A DNA stretch of 64,000 bases from an uncultured Pseudobdellovibrionaceae bacterium (lineage in GTDB: Bacteria > Bdellovibrionota > FAC87 > UBA2466), in NCBI GenBank assembly GCA_964604555.1, contig CAZRZK010000001.1, positions 205,991 through 269,990 on the forward strand, read 5' to 3'. The position numbers and the translations under genes were made by a program. Below the pieces are notes generated by a model. The model was not told the DNA's origin. It saw nothing but the letters and a program-made list of their open reading frames with translations, and did not search any database. Below, piece after piece: positions 9,980 through 20,599 of this stretch (position 1 is its first letter; each line of letters starts with the position of its first letter).

Positions 9980-10942
9980 TTACCGAACGAGCACGTCCAT
10001 CGGATTCTTCTGCTTTAAAAGTGCTGATTCTAATATCTTATAGGATTCTTCCTCATTATCGAGGTCAATTTCACCTACGTAATGAGTTTGTATATCGGAA
10101 CTAATTTTAAACCAGTTAAGTGATTGCCCTTTTATCGAGAAAGTAGGCATTCTTCCTAGAAATGAACCCCAAGCGCTATACGACGAACCACCAGACCCTA
10201 ACAGGATGTTAGCACGAGTCAGGTTTATTAAATCAGTAATTGCGGCAGGAGATTTTAAGTGATGGGTATTTGGCAAGCTTAAAACTGGCAACAAGTCATT
10301 AGCGGTTCCATCACTGATAATAAAGGCATCCTCAACTTTTCCCAGTACGTCTCGAACCATTTTGAGGGTTTTGGCAAACCAAGTCAGCGGAGTTCGAACT
10401 CCTCCCTTCGTGATGAAGTCGGATTTAGTACGTGCATCTATGAAATCCTTTCCTCTTCGAATATTCAAAACGATGGGCAGTAATTTGGGGGATGTCTCAT
10501 CTAGTTTTAGGTATTTCTGCTTTGTGATTTCGCGAAGCCATTGAATGAGGTGTTTTTGATAAGGGACTAGATCCCCAAAGAATCTCTCGTTACCAGAAAA
10601 TATGATTTGTCCCCTGGGTAGAACCTGCTTTTCAAAAAAAGGTGAAAGTAACTCAGATTCATTCCAACGGGGTTTAAAATATTTTATCCACTCACTCTTA
10701 ATTCCCACCAAGTCTTCTTTGCCAGGTTCGAAATTATCGTAAACAAGTACTTTACGAAATGCGGTCGCATATTCAAATCCTCCTCTAAAAAAAGGCCGAA
10801 TGCGAAAGAAAAACCAGTTTGGGGCCACCATCGGGCAGTTGTTGACATGGGAAAAAATTTTGCAGCGAGCCCATGGGAAAAGCCGATTCCCTAACCCTGA
10901 ACTTCTAACCATTTCAGCTCTGCAAATCGTTAAGGGAATCAT
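9980..10942 (-). CDS. Glycosyltransferase family 11 (alpha-1,2-fucosyltransferase-like)
   Basis: GT11 motifs: N-terminal SGLGNRLFPWA (cf. GGLGNQMFQYA), NIRRGKDF (cf. HIRRGDY), C-terminal GSGGSSYSAWGSFLG (cf. STFSWWAAWL). Confidence 0.6.
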   Translation of the reverse strand: MIPLTICRAEMVRSSGLGNRLFPWARCKIFSHVNNCPMVAPNWFFFRIRPFFRGGFEYATAFRKVLVYDNFEPGKEDLVGIKSEWIKYFKPRWNESELLSPFFEKQVLPRGQIIFSGNERFFGDLVPYQKHLIQWLREITKQKYLKLDETSPKLLPIVLNIRRGKDFIDARTKSDFITKGGVRTPLTWFAKTLKMVRDVLGKVEDAFIISDGTANDLLPVLSLPNTHHLKSPAAITDLINLTRANILLGSGGSSYSAWGSFLGRMPTFSIKGQSLNWFKISSDIQTHYVGEIDLDNEEESYKILESALLKQKNPMDVLVR

Positions 10943-10955
10943 AATTACGACAGAA

Positions 10956-11441
10956 TTAGTCTAACATTTTTTTCATTTTAATACTTTCTAAACAGAGACC
11001 ATCTCTTTGTAAGGGAAGGTGGCTTATTTCTACAAAACCAATTTTAGTATATAAGCTCCTTGCTACTTTGTTAAAAGACAAAACCTCTAAATACAACGTT
11101 TCAAGCTCCAGTAGAGAACAGAGAAAGGGGATAAATTGTATAAAAGCCGCTTTACTTAATCCCTTACCCCTATGTTCTTTGGCCAGGTCTAACCCAATGT
11201 AAATAGAGTGATCTGCTGGGGAGTAATTCGATAGGCGAAAATATCCAACAGGTTTATTTTCCAATTGGATGATATAAAAATTAGGATTGGTTGTTTTAAA
11301 CCAATGAATACATTGCTTTAAGGTAAACTTTCGGGAATCGTGTAAAAAATGACGACACTCATTTCGTACTGAAAGTAAAAATGGAAGCTCAGCCTCCGAA
11401 AGTAAGTGGAACTCAAGACTGGGAAAACGAGTTTTACCCAA
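10956..11441 (-). CDS. GNAT-family N-acetyltransferase (start uncertain; ORF-track start 11519 would overlap ndk by 86 nt)
   Basis: GNAT core ...[36 protein letters not shown]...SLYTKIGF; candidate TTG start at 11441 overlapping ndk stop. Confidence 0.65.
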   Translation of the reverse strand: MGKTRFPSLEFHLLSEAELPFLLSVRNECRHFLHDSRKFTLKQCIHWFKTTNPNFYIIQLENKPVGYFRLSNYSPADHSIYIGLDLAKEHRGKGLSKAAFIQFIPFLCSLLELETLYLEVLSFNKVARSLYTKIGFVEISHLPLQRDGLCLESIKMKKMLD

Positions 11442-11832
11442 AGAAATATTTGATTTCCCTATCTGCCGAGGTTGGGCTGTCGGAACCATGCACGCTATTG
11501 GCTTCCATGCTTTCGGCAAAAAGAGCGCGAATCGTCTGTGGGGCTGCTTTTGCGGGATCCGTTGCCCCCATTAATTTGCGGTATTTTTCCACTGCGCCTT
11601 GCCCTTCAAGCACCATTAGAAGAACGGGTCCGCTGGTCATGAAAGAGACGAGCGAATTGAAAAAGGGACGTGCCTTGTGTTCGGCGTAGAATCCTTCCGC
11701 CTCCGATTTTGAGAGGGATTTCATCTTGGCTTCGACGATGGAGAGACCTTCCTCTTCAATCATCGCCAGAATTTTTCCGATGTGTTTGGCCTTTACGGCA
11801 TTGGGTTTAATAATTGCAAATGTTTTTTCCAC
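11434..11832 (-). CDS. ndk: Nucleoside diphosphate kinase
   Basis: [13 protein letters not shown]...[19 protein letters not shown]; active-site His region NSVHGSDS. Confidence 0.9.
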   Translation of the reverse strand: MEKTFAIIKPNAVKAKHIGKILAMIEEEGLSIVEAKMKSLSKSEAEGFYAEHKARPFFNSLVSFMTSGPVLLMVLEGQGAVEKYRKLMGATDPAKAAPQTIRALFAESMEANSVHGSDSPTSADREIKYFFG

Positions 11833-11847
11833 AGACTACTCGCTTTC

Positions 11848-12720
11848 TTACTTCTTAAGAGCCTTTTCCATCGTATCACCGATAGTTGCAGGGCTCATTG
11901 AAACATGGACTCCTGCCTTCTCCAAGGCGGCAATCTTATCCGAAGCCTTGCCACTTCCGCCACTAATAATTGCACCGGCATGGCCCATCCGCTTTCCGGG
12001 GGGGGCGGTCTGGCCGCCGATGAAGCCAACGACCGGTTTTTTGACGTGGGCTTTAATGTATTCGGCGCCAATCTCTTCAGCATTCCCGCCGATTTCACCG
12101 ATCATGACGATCGCATCGGTGTCGGGGTCTTCATTAAAGAGTTTCAGGGTCTCTAAGAAGGAAAGGCCATGAATCGGGTCGCCGCCAATGCCGACACAGG
12201 TCGATTGGCCGATGCCCCGGACGGTCAGTTGGTGGACCGCTTCATAGGTGAGGGTTCCACTGCGGGAGACAAGTCCCACTTTTCCGGCTTTATGGATGTA
12301 TCCCGGCATGATCCCGATTTTGCATTCCCCTGGAGTGATGATTCCAGGGCAGTTGGGTCCGATGAGGACACATTCTTTCGATTTGAGGTAGCTCTTCACC
12401 GGCACCATATCCATCACAGGGATGCCTTCGGTGATGCAGACAATCACTTTAATCCCGGCATCGGCCGCTTCCAAGACGGCATCGGCCGCAAAGGGCGCGG
12501 GGACGTAGATCATGGTGGCATTGGCTTGAGTTTTTTGAACGGCATCGGCGACCGAATTAAAAATGGGAATCCCATCGATTTCGGTGCCCCCTTTTCCGGG
12601 GGTGACGCCACCGACCACCTTCGTGCCATATTCTTTGCACTGTTTGGTGTGGAAGGCACCCGCTTGGCCGGTAATTCCTTGGACAATCAGCTTGGTGTTT
12701 TTATTGACGAGAATGCTCAC
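11848..12720 (-). CDS. sucD: Succinyl-CoA synthetase alpha subunit
   Basis: [21 protein letters not shown]... CoA-binding and phosphohistidine region GxxGHAGA ([12 protein letters not shown]). Confidence 0.92.
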   Translation of the reverse strand: MSILVNKNTKLIVQGITGQAGAFHTKQCKEYGTKVVGGVTPGKGGTEIDGIPIFNSVADAVQKTQANATMIYVPAPFAADAVLEAADAGIKVIVCITEGIPVMDMVPVKSYLKSKECVLIGPNCPGIITPGECKIGIMPGYIHKAGKVGLVSRSGTLTYEAVHQLTVRGIGQSTCVGIGGDPIHGLSFLETLKLFNEDPDTDAIVMIGEIGGNAEEIGAEYIKAHVKKPVVGFIGGQTAPPGKRMGHAGAIISGGSGKASDKIAALEKAGVHVSMSPATIGDTMEKALKK

Positions 12721-13889
12721 GCTTTGCCTCCTGCCGCCGCAACCGCTTTTTGGGCTGCCTCTGCCATTCCAGTGGCAGTAATGATCTTCAACCCTGAGTC
12801 ACCCAGGAGTTTCTTTCCAAGATCGACGTTGGTTCCTTCAAGCCGCACCACTAAAGGAACGGTCAGTTTCAATTCTTTGGCGGCGGCGATGATGCCGCTC
12901 GCAATGATGTCACATTTCATGATGCCGCCAAAGATATTCACCAGGATCGTTTTCACTTTGGGATCCTGGAGGATGATCTTAAAGGCTTCACGCACCTTTT
13001 CTTCCGTCGCGCCTCCACCGACATCTAAGAAATTCGCCGGGCTTCCACCCTCGAGCTTAATGATGTCCATCGTGGCCATCGCGAGCCCCGCTCCATTCAC
13101 CATGCAGCCGATGCTGCCATCGAGGCTGATGTAGCTTAAGTCAAATTTCTTGGCCTGGGCTTCCGCCGGATCCTCTTCATTGGGGTCATTCAGTTCGAGG
13201 AAGGAGGGGTGTTTGAAAAGGGCGTTATTATCAAAGTTAATTTTGCCATCAAGGGCGATTAATTTCCCCTCTTTGGTGGTGATTAACGGGTTGATTTCGG
13301 CCAATTCACAATCGTTCTCTTGATAGAATTTTACGAGTTGCTTTAAAACGACCGAAAATTGCTTTGCAACATCCCCTTGGAAGTTCATCTGGGTTGCAAG
13401 CCGTCGGCATTGGAAGTCCCGCAATCCTAAAGTGGGATCGACCCATACCTTAAAGAGCTTTTCTGGGGTTTTAGCCGCTACCTCTTCGATATCCATTCCA
13501 CCGGCCTGTGAGGCCATGATACAAAGCTTGGAAACGGCACGATCGAGAGTGACTGCGAGGTAGTTTTCCGTCGCAATATTAGCCCCTTCTTCGATCAGAA
13601 GCCTCTTGACCACTTTTCCTTCGGGCCCGGTTTGGTGAGTCACCAGGGTCATTCCCAGGATCTGCTTGGCATATGTTTCGACTTCGCTCTGGGTTTTAGC
13701 GACCTTAACGCCGCCCCCTTTGCCGCGTCCCCCGGCATGGATCTGAGCTTTTACGACCCAAGGCCCTTTCGGGTTCACTTGGGGAGCCACTTTGATGGCC
13801 TCTTCTAAAGTAAAAGCGATCTTACCTTGTGGGACTGGAATGGAGTATTTTCTAAAAAGCTCCTTTGCTTGGTATTCGTGGATCTTCAT
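12717..13889 (-). CDS. sucC: Succinyl-CoA synthetase beta subunit
   Basis: [20 protein letters not shown]... ATP-grasp; 4 nt overlap with sucD. Confidence 0.92.
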   Translation of the reverse strand: MKIHEYQAKELFRKYSIPVPQGKIAFTLEEAIKVAPQVNPKGPWVVKAQIHAGGRGKGGGVKVAKTQSEVETYAKQILGMTLVTHQTGPEGKVVKRLLIEEGANIATENYLAVTLDRAVSKLCIMASQAGGMDIEEVAAKTPEKLFKVWVDPTLGLRDFQCRRLATQMNFQGDVAKQFSVVLKQLVKFYQENDCELAEINPLITTKEGKLIALDGKINFDNNALFKHPSFLELNDPNEEDPAEAQAKKFDLSYISLDGSIGCMVNGAGLAMATMDIIKLEGGSPANFLDVGGGATEEKVREAFKIILQDPKVKTILVNIFGGIMKCDIIASGIIAAAKELKLTVPLVVRLEGTNVDLGKKLLGDSGLKIITATGMAEAAQKAVAAAGGKA

Positions 13890-14821
13890 TTGAGCCCTTC
13901 AATGACATCAACCAACGTTTTTACCGCTTCGGTCGATTTTTTCAGGTTGGCACTTTCAGTTTCATTGAGATCGAGTTGGATCACCTTCTCAAGGCCGTTT
14001 GATCCAATTTTTGCGAGCACGCCCACGAAGAGTCCCTTCACTCCATACTCCCCTTCTAAGGAGATGGCGCAAGGAAGGACCCGTTTCTTATCCCGTACAA
14101 TTGCCTCTACCATCTGCACTACCGATGCCGAAGGGGCATAGAAGGCGGAACCGGTTTTGAGGTAATTGACGATTTCAATTCCGCCATTTTTAGTCCGCTC
14201 GACGATTTCATTGATTTTCTCAGTCGAAAGGAATTTCTCTAAAGGTACTCCCGCGATGGAGCAAAAGCGGGTCATGGGAACCATGGTGTCTCCATGGCCA
14301 CCATAAACAAATCCGTGTACATCTTGCACGCTCACATCGGCGGCCTCTGCGACAAAGGTGCGAAACCGAGCTGAATCGAGAACTCCTGCCATTCCTAATA
14401 CTCGCTCTCGGGGGAATCCACTCACCTTTTTAGCAACATAGGCCATTGCATCTAAAGGGTTGGAGACCACAACTAGGATTGACTTCGGAGAATACTTCAC
14501 GACCGATTGGGTGACTTCGGTCACAATCTTGGTATTGATTTTCAGAAGGTCGTCACGGGTCATGCCGGGTTTGCGAGGAAGTCCAGCAGTGATCACCACC
14601 ACATCGGAATTTTCCGTTGCGGCGTAATCGTTGCTACCGGTAATCCGGAGATCAAACCCTTCGACCGGTCCCGATTGCAAAAGATCCAGCGCTTTCCCTT
14701 GGGGGATCCCTTCGGCGATATCGACGAGAACCACATCTCCCAGTTCTTTGCTGGCAATCCAATGAGCGGCGGTGGCGCCGACGTTTCCGGCGCCGACAAT
14801 AGTAATTTTGGGGCGTTTCAT
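13886..14821 (-). CDS. mdh: Malate dehydrogenase (LDH-like family)
   Basis: [15 protein letters not shown] Rossmann motif, [19 protein letters not shown], catalytic His region; 311 aa. Confidence 0.9.
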   Translation of the reverse strand: MKRPKITIVGAGNVGATAAHWIASKELGDVVLVDIAEGIPQGKALDLLQSGPVEGFDLRITGSNDYAATENSDVVVITAGLPRKPGMTRDDLLKINTKIVTEVTQSVVKYSPKSILVVVSNPLDAMAYVAKKVSGFPRERVLGMAGVLDSARFRTFVAEAADVSVQDVHGFVYGGHGDTMVPMTRFCSIAGVPLEKFLSTEKINEIVERTKNGGIEIVNYLKTGSAFYAPSASVVQMVEAIVRDKKRVLPCAISLEGEYGVKGLFVGVLAKIGSNGLEKVIQLDLNETESANLKKSTEAVKTLVDVIEGLK

Positions 14822-14838
14822 TTGAAGTCTCCTGACTC

Positions 14839-16068
14839 TTAAAGGTTATCAATAATCTTGGAAGCAAACTCGGAACACTTTACCTCTTTGGCTCCGGCCA
14901 TTTGCCTTGCAAAATCGTAAGTCACCGTTTTTTGATCGATCGTTTTTTGGATCGAGGTGATGATCGAATCGGCCGCCTCTTGCCAGCCCATATGTTCAAA
15001 CATCATCACGCCGCTCAAAATAACGGAGCAGGGATTCACTTTATCCTGTCCCGCGTATTTCGGAGCAGTTCCATGGGTGGCTTCGAAGATGGCACTTCGA
15101 TCGCCGATGTTGGCGCCGGGGCTGATTCCCAATCCGCCCACTTGTGCCGTGATAGCGTCACTTAAGTAATCGCCATTCAGGTTTGGAGTTGCGATGACTG
15201 AGTATTCATCGGGGCGCAAGAGCACCTGCTGGAACATGCTATCGGCGATGCGATCCTTAATGAGGACCTTTCCCGCAGGAGTTTTGCCGGCATATTTTTC
15301 ATAGACTTCATCTTCGGAGATGGTCTGGGCGTTAAACTCTTCCTTACCAAGTTGATAGCCCCATTCGCGGAAGGCCCCTTCGGTAAACTTCATGATGTTC
15401 CCTTTGTGGACGAGCGTCACACTGGGAGCCCCCTTTTTAAGGGCGTATTCGATGGCCATCTTAATGAGCCGCTTACTGCCGAATGGGCTCATCGGTTTAA
15501 TCCCGATGCCTGAATCATCCCGAATCTTGGTCTTCATCTGGGTGTTTAGATACTCGATAACTTGCTTTGCTTCAGTGGACCCGCTCTTCCACTCATAGCC
15601 GGCGTAAACGTCTTCGGTGTTTTCCCGGAAGATCACCATATTGACCTTCTCCGGGTTTTTCATGGGGCTCGGAACCCCATTAAAGTAGCGAACCGGGCGG
15701 ATGCAGCAATAGAGATCCAAAAGTCGTCGCAGCGCTACGTTGAGCGATCGTAACCCGCCGCCAACTGGGGTGCTCAATGGCCCCTTAATCGCAATGCTGT
15801 GCTCCTTAATGATCTGGAGCGTCTCTTCTGGGAGCCAGTCATTTTTAAGTTTGCTGGCCTTTTCACCCGCCAAAACCTCTTTCCACACGATTCCGCGCTT
15901 GCCGCCATAGCTCTTTTTTACCGCTGCATCAAATACCCGCACGCTCGCGGCCCAAATATCTGGTCCGGTTCCATCTCCTTCGATGAAGGGGATGATGGGG
16001 TATGATGGAACTTGAATTTTATTAGAAGGGGAGTAGGTGATTTTTTCACCCTTGTGCTGGTCGCTCAT
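14839..16068 (-). CDS. icd: NADP-dependent isocitrate dehydrogenase
   Basis: 409 aa; [23 protein letters not shown] metal-binding motif typical of prokaryotic Icd. Confidence 0.9.
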   Translation of the reverse strand: MSDQHKGEKITYSPSNKIQVPSYPIIPFIEGDGTGPDIWAASVRVFDAAVKKSYGGKRGIVWKEVLAGEKASKLKNDWLPEETLQIIKEHSIAIKGPLSTPVGGGLRSLNVALRRLLDLYCCIRPVRYFNGVPSPMKNPEKVNMVIFRENTEDVYAGYEWKSGSTEAKQVIEYLNTQMKTKIRDDSGIGIKPMSPFGSKRLIKMAIEYALKKGAPSVTLVHKGNIMKFTEGAFREWGYQLGKEEFNAQTISEDEVYEKYAGKTPAGKVLIKDRIADSMFQQVLLRPDEYSVIATPNLNGDYLSDAITAQVGGLGISPGANIGDRSAIFEATHGTAPKYAGQDKVNPCSVILSGVMMFEHMGWQEAADSIITSIQKTIDQKTVTYDFARQMAGAKEVKCSEFASKIIDNL

Positions 16069-16169
16069 AATCGCTTTTCCTTTTGTGATAAAAATCTGCC
16101 CAAAGATTAATCGAGGTAGGCTGCGAAAGTCATCTCATAAAGTTAAAGGGTTTTACCGATAAGGAGGAG

Positions 16170-17579
16170 GTGAAGATCCTTGCTCCTAAATCGACCGGAC
16201 AATCGCTTCTTTCTATCATGGGCCTATTCGCCCTGCTGGGTGGCCTGATGGTGGGGATTCTCAATTTTACAAAGATATTGACCAAACAAAGGTTACAAAG
16301 CACCGGAACATTCCAGGCGGATGTGACGCGTCGCAACCTACTGAGTGTTCTTAATAATTCTAAGGCATGGAACCAGACCATCGCATTGGCATCGAATAAT
16401 CGTACCAGCGGATCTGCTCTGGACTGCTTAAAAGACAAAACCCCTTGCACCACAAATGGGACCGATTTGAGTGGAGGGGGAGTGGCCATCTCCGACTACC
16501 CCATTCACGTGGTTTCGGATGCCGCTGGCCAAACCTATTATGACACCACCTCGAGTAGCAGGGGCTTTACAATGGAAGGGGCACCTTGCACGAGCTTTGT
16601 CGCCCCTCCTGCTGCCGGCAATGATTCATGCCCGTTACGTTTTAATGTGAAATGGTCGGCGGTCTGTGCGGGTTCTTGTGTGAATCCCCAAGTGAAACTC
16701 TCGATTGAACCCATCTACAACCCAGGGACCAATTCGTCACGCAAGATCGCTTTTAATGCCTCCAATTACGGAGCGAATGTCATGCGGGAATCGGCAAATA
16801 GTGCACTGACGAATCATCTCATTGGAGGAAGGCTTACTTTAGTATCGGGAAATCCGGTGGCAGACGCCACACTTGCGACCACTCTCTATTACACTGCTTA
16901 TCTTCACAATCAGATCAGTCTTTATTCAAATTCGGAGTGGTCCACCTTTTCATTTACTGAGCCTTCGCTTTCTTTAGCGGGATTAGCGAGTGGCACCAAT
17001 TACGATATCTTTGCCTATGATTCGAGTGGAACGGTTACTTTAGAAGCATTGGCATGGGCGGGCAATAATGCTCGGACTACCAATTTGGTTCGTCAAGATG
17101 GAGTCTGGGTGAGTGGAGCGGATGCTTCAAGACGGTATTTAGGAACGCTGAGAACTTCAGCAGCGGGCAAGGTGACTGATGATACTGCCCATCGATTCCT
17201 TTGGAATTTTTACAATCGTCGACACCGTTCGCTTTATTATACGAATGGGGGACAAATAGGGGCCTCGGCAGCGAGTGCTTGGCATGTCCCCGATGGGAAT
17301 GCCTACGTCGATTGTGTCGTCGGGATTGTGGACACGACGATGACCACCTACACCACTGCAAGGATCATTGGATGTGGAGGAGTAGCAGTGGCGCCTAATA
17401 TATATTTACAGGGAGGTAGTTTCACCTGCGGTCCACCTGGGGTTTGGCACAGCACCTATTGGCATGTTCCCGCTGCTCCGGTCAACTTAGGACTTACCCA
17501 GCTATTCTTCTCAGTCTGGGCCGCCAATGCCGTAATGCCGATTTCTTATTATTCTCTCACCCTTGATTATGAAGGCTGA
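16170..17579 (+). CDS. Secreted Ser/Thr/Gly/Asn-rich protein with prepilin-like N-terminus (possible pilus-associated adhesin/minor pilin-like); function unknown
   Basis: GTG start after AAGGAGGAGG RBS; N-term MKILAPKSTG|QSLLSIMGLFALLGGLMVGIL resembles type IV prepilin leader + hydrophobic helix but lacks Glu+5; remainder low-complexity beta-rich with Cys pairs. Confidence 0.45.
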   Translation: MKILAPKSTGQSLLSIMGLFALLGGLMVGILNFTKILTKQRLQSTGTFQADVTRRNLLSVLNNSKAWNQTIALASNNRTSGSALDCLKDKTPCTTNGTDLSGGGVAISDYPIHVVSDAAGQTYYDTTSSSRGFTMEGAPCTSFVAPPAAGNDSCPLRFNVKWSAVCAGSCVNPQVKLSIEPIYNPGTNSSRKIAFNASNYGANVMRESANSALTNHLIGGRLTLVSGNPVADATLATTLYYTAYLHNQISLYSNSEWSTFSFTEPSLSLAGLASGTNYDIFAYDSSGTVTLEALAWAGNNARTTNLVRQDGVWVSGADASRRYLGTLRTSAAGKVTDDTAHRFLWNFYNRRHRSLYYTNGGQIGASAASAWHVPDGNAYVDCVVGIVDTTMTTYTTARIIGCGGVAVAPNIYLQGGSFTCGPPGVWHSTYWHVPAAPVNLGLTQLFFSVWAANAVMPISYYSLTLDYEG

Positions 17580-17690
17580 GTCATCTCGGTAGACCCAGCG
17601 CCATATTAGAACCCAGTTTCATAAAGGAACCACCTGTTATGCACGCCAGTGCTGGCATCTCCCTTGCACATACAGAGAGCAACTTTAACT

Positions 17691-17719
17691 AGATTTTGTC
17701 GCGATTCGCGACAAAATCT
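17691..17719. promoter_or_regulatory. 29 bp near-perfect palindrome AGATTTTGTCGCGATTCGCGACAAAATCT, plus related half-site CGCGACAGAATTT at 17821..17833, upstream of gene 17848
   Basis: Seen directly in the sequence; 13 bp arms, 3 nt spacer; typical operator architecture for a dimeric repressor. Confidence 0.45.
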
Positions 17720-17847
17720 ATCCTGAGGCGCAAGCCGAAGGATCTTAACGCAAGGTTTTATGCCTGCGAGACGAGATCCTTCACTTCGTTCAGGATAAAT
17801 TCCGTCGCATTTCTTCGAAACGCGACAGAATTTAACTAGGAGACTTT

Positions 17848-18255
17848 ATGAAATACGTATTACTTTCCACTCTATTCCTGATGAGCTCACTCTCTTTCGC
17901 CGATGATCCTAAACTCGAGCGCCATGCCCAACTGGTTCGGGTTGGTTCTGTGATCAAGGAGGTGGTTGGCCAAGGCCATCCTTCCACAAAATTGAAGGTC
18001 ACCGCTACTTTCAGCAATTCTTGCGTGGTGCCCAATTCCGATGAATTGGTTGCCATCACTCAATACTCGAAAGACTTTCGGAATCTAGACATTGCTTTAG
18101 GTTATGAATCACATCGTGTTTGCCCGGCGGTTTATAAACCGGTCACAGTCACGATCGATCTTGGCACCTATACCAAGCCAAATGATGGTCTCTTTGAGCG
18201 GATCACGGTGAATGGCAAAGGCGCCCAGTATGAATTAGTAAAATTCAATCATTAA
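17848..18255 (+). CDS. Hypothetical secreted protein
   Basis: Signal peptide MKYVLLSTLFLMSSLSFA; RBS TAGGAG; 135 aa. Confidence 0.55.
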   Translation: MKYVLLSTLFLMSSLSFADDPKLERHAQLVRVGSVIKEVVGQGHPSTKLKVTATFSNSCVVPNSDELVAITQYSKDFRNLDIALGYESHRVCPAVYKPVTVTIDLGTYTKPNDGLFERITVNGKGAQYELVKFNH

Positions 18256-18278
18256 TCGGTCAATGACCAGTCATGATC

Positions 18279-18314
18279 AGGGCGGTGCCGTTAAAAAATG
18301 GCCCGCCTTTTTTG
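18279..18314 (+). terminator. Rho-independent terminator candidate (GGGCGG...CCGCC stem followed by TTTTTT)
   Basis: cagggcggtgccgttaaaaaatggcccgccttttttgc immediately after stop of 17848..18255. Confidence 0.5.
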
Positions 18315-18388
18315 CTTTTCAAATCCCAACACTCTTCTGGCTTGACACAAAAACAACGCAGCGAGACAAGGGCCTAATAGGAGGCCAT

Positions 18389-19144
18389 GTGTTAAAAAAT
18401 TATTCCATTCTTTCTGCGCTTTTTTTATTCTCGATTCCATCTTTCGGGGCGGGGGCCAAAATCCTTGCGACTGACGGGGAACATAAAACGGTGAAATTTG
18501 CACTCGATTCCAAAGGAACACCGCGAATCGATAACAATCCCAAGACCTACCCCACCATTAAAGATTTTAGAGAGGATGGCGACTACGAAGATGCTTGCTA
18601 TATTGGCGAGACCAAGGAGGTAAAGGCCCTCCTTGAAGCACTCGTAGACGCTGCCAATGGAGATGGCGATAGCTTTGCTGAATTGAAATCGATTAAACAA
18701 AGTGCTCAGGCGAAGTTTACGGTTCGAGCCCTCATCACCAATGAAGGAGGGAAGAAGGAAGAGGTTTATGTCTTTCTCCCGTGCAAAACCCAGGACAGAG
18801 GAAACGTGACGGTGGAGTGCAAGACGACAGAGGGAAAAGTGCACAAGCTGAAAGCGAAATTAACCTCTAAAGGGAAGTTGGTCCGCTGGGATAATAAGCG
18901 TTTTGTTGAGGCCGATTCCAAATCGATCTTCCACCTCTTTGCGACCGATCAGGAGGAAACGGGAGTGGAGTATAGCAAGGAGTTCCAGGCCAAGAATGGT
19001 TATTCGATCGTGGTGCTAGGAACAACTGCCGATGAACACACGCTCGGAATCAGTTTGGAAAAATTGGACGGATTTTTTCAATACAAAGATCTGGGATCGG
19101 GCAGCGGCAACTCAAAAGAAAAGCTGTCCTGCAAGAAACTATAG
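18389..19144 (+). CDS. Hypothetical secreted protein (GTG start; ORF-track 18263 start is an upstream extension through the terminator)
   Basis: TAGGAGG RBS then GTG; signal peptide VLKNYSILSALFLFSIPSFGAGA. Confidence 0.5.
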   Translation: MLKNYSILSALFLFSIPSFGAGAKILATDGEHKTVKFALDSKGTPRIDNNPKTYPTIKDFREDGDYEDACYIGETKEVKALLEALVDAANGDGDSFAELKSIKQSAQAKFTVRALITNEGGKKEEVYVFLPCKTQDRGNVTVECKTTEGKVHKLKAKLTSKGKLVRWDNKRFVEADSKSIFHLFATDQEETGVEYSKEFQAKNGYSIVVLGTTADEHTLGISLEKLDGFFQYKDLGSGSGNSKEKLSCKKL

Positions 19145-19149
19145 GCACG

Positions 19150-19240
19150 AACGAGATTGCTTCGTCGCTTTGCTCCTCGCAATGACCAACCGTTTGTCAT
19201 TGCGAGGAACGAGCGCAGCGAGTGACGCGGCAATCTCGCA
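19150..19240. repeat. Copy of palindromic REP-like element (GATTGCTTCGTCGC / TCCTCGCAATGAC / GTCATTGCGAGGA / GCGGCAATCTC)
   Basis: gagattgcttcgtcgctttgctcctcgcaatgaccaaccgtttgtcattgcgaggaacgagcgcagcgagtgacgcggcaatctcgc; intergenic before the DegP/HtrA-family protease gene. Confidence 0.7.
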
Positions 19241-19259
19241 GCTGTGATATATATAAATA

Positions 19260-20345
19260 ATGTTCCTAATTATTAAGTGTCTCATCCTAAATAGCGTCGC
19301 GGCTCCGCTCCTTCAAGATGAACAGAACAACGTCGATGTTTATCAACGAGTCAACGGGGCCGTCGTCAATATCACGACCACCACCCTCCGCCGGGACTTT
19401 TTCTTAGATGTGGTTCCTCAAAAAGGGCAAGGTTCGGGAGTTGTTCTGAAGCCAGAGGGCTATGTCATCACCAATTTCCATGTGGTTGGAAATGCAGTGA
19501 ATGTGGAGGTTACTCTCCATGATAAAACCCAGTTCAAAGCCAAGGTGATTGGACTCGATCCCGATTCCGATCTCGCTCTTCTCAAGATCGACCCTAAAGG
19601 AAAAAAGCTGACTTCGGTTGAGTATGGAAATGGCGAGAAATTAATGGTGGGGCAGAAGACCATGGCCATTGGAAATCCTTTTGGGTTTGGCGGATCTTTG
19701 AGTGTCGGCGTGATCAGCGCGCTCGGAAGAGATATTCGGGCTACGACCGATCGGTTGATCCGCGATATTATCCAGACCGATGCCGCAATTAACCCGGGTA
19801 ATTCTGGCGGCCCGCTATTGGATAGCTCGGGAAATCTCATCGGCATCAATACCCAGATCTTTTCACCCAGTGGCGGCAGCCATGGGATCGGCTTTGCTAT
19901 TTCAGTGAAGACGGTGAAAAGAGTGGTTGAACAGCTGATCCAGTTCGGGCAAGTGTTGCGCCCCGATCTTGGAATTGAAGCGGTTGGATTAGGCGGTGAC
20001 CTTCTTCAATTTTTTGGCATGCCGATTTCTCAAGGGGTGATGATTCTGGCCTTTGATCGCGGGTCGCCTGTCTATCGCGCAGGGTTAAAGCCTGCAACCG
20101 GTGAGCGAATCCTGGGATTCCGTCGTATTCCAGTCGGAGGAGATGTGATTTTCCAAGTCGATAATCAAGAGGTGGGTACGTTGCGCGATATCCTCGACTA
20201 CATTTCCGAAAAAAAAATCGGCGATACGGTCACCCTCCACTATGTTCGTGGCAAAGCGAAACGGCAGGCTAAAGTGAAGTTGAGTATTCCGAATGGGGGA
20301 AGGGCGGCGGATGCGGAAACGGGGCAGGTTTACGAGAGCCTTTAA
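19260..20345 (+). CDS. DegP/HtrA-family periplasmic serine protease with one PDZ domain
   Basis: Catalytic triad context ITNFHVV (His), DLALLKI (Asp), GNSGGPLLD (Ser); C-terminal PDZ-like region. Confidence 0.85.
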   Translation: MFLIIKCLILNSVAAPLLQDEQNNVDVYQRVNGAVVNITTTTLRRDFFLDVVPQKGQGSGVVLKPEGYVITNFHVVGNAVNVEVTLHDKTQFKAKVIGLDPDSDLALLKIDPKGKKLTSVEYGNGEKLMVGQKTMAIGNPFGFGGSLSVGVISALGRDIRATTDRLIRDIIQTDAAINPGNSGGPLLDSSGNLIGINTQIFSPSGGSHGIGFAISVKTVKRVVEQLIQFGQVLRPDLGIEAVGLGGDLLQFFGMPISQGVMILAFDRGSPVYRAGLKPATGERILGFRRIPVGGDVIFQVDNQEVGTLRDILDYISEKKIGDTVTLHYVRGKAKRQAKVKLSIPNGGRAADAETGQVYESL

Positions 20346-20599
20346 CGATAGACTTCTTTCCGGTGTGCCACTTTTACTACCCAAACGATCAATTCTTTGT
20401 CTTGGATTGAGTAAACAATTCGATAGGGCCCTTTTCGGATTCGGTATTTCTCCTCTCCCGAAAGTTTCTCAGAGCCCATAGGTCTGGGATCGGTAGTTAA
20501 TCCTTTAATTGTTTTTAAAATGGGTTGTAAATAGTTTTTTGGAAGGTTTTCTATTTCTTTTTGGGCCGATTTTTTAACAATGAGGCTATATTTTACCAT
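20342..20599 (-). CDS. RelE/ParE-family type II toxin
   Basis: 85 aa; ...YRIRKGPYRIVYSIQDKELIVWVVKVAHRKEVYR typical RelE/ParE C-terminus; overlaps upstream antitoxin gene by 14 nt. Confidence 0.8.
   Translation of the reverse strand: MVKYSLIVKKSAQKEIENLPKNYLQPILKTIKGLTTDPRPMGSEKLSGEEKYRIRKGPYRIVYSIQDKELIVWVVKVAHRKEVYR

Noticed and set aside
12169-13134. 321 aa plus-strand ORF
   Set aside because: It lies entirely antisense to the well-supported sucD and sucC genes. The product is Gly/Asp/Arg-rich, typical of the reverse frame of GC-rich codons, and it has no RBS.
14507-15169. Several 70-110 aa ORFs on both strands inside mdh and icd
   Set aside because: They are antisense or out-of-frame overlaps of strongly supported housekeeping genes.
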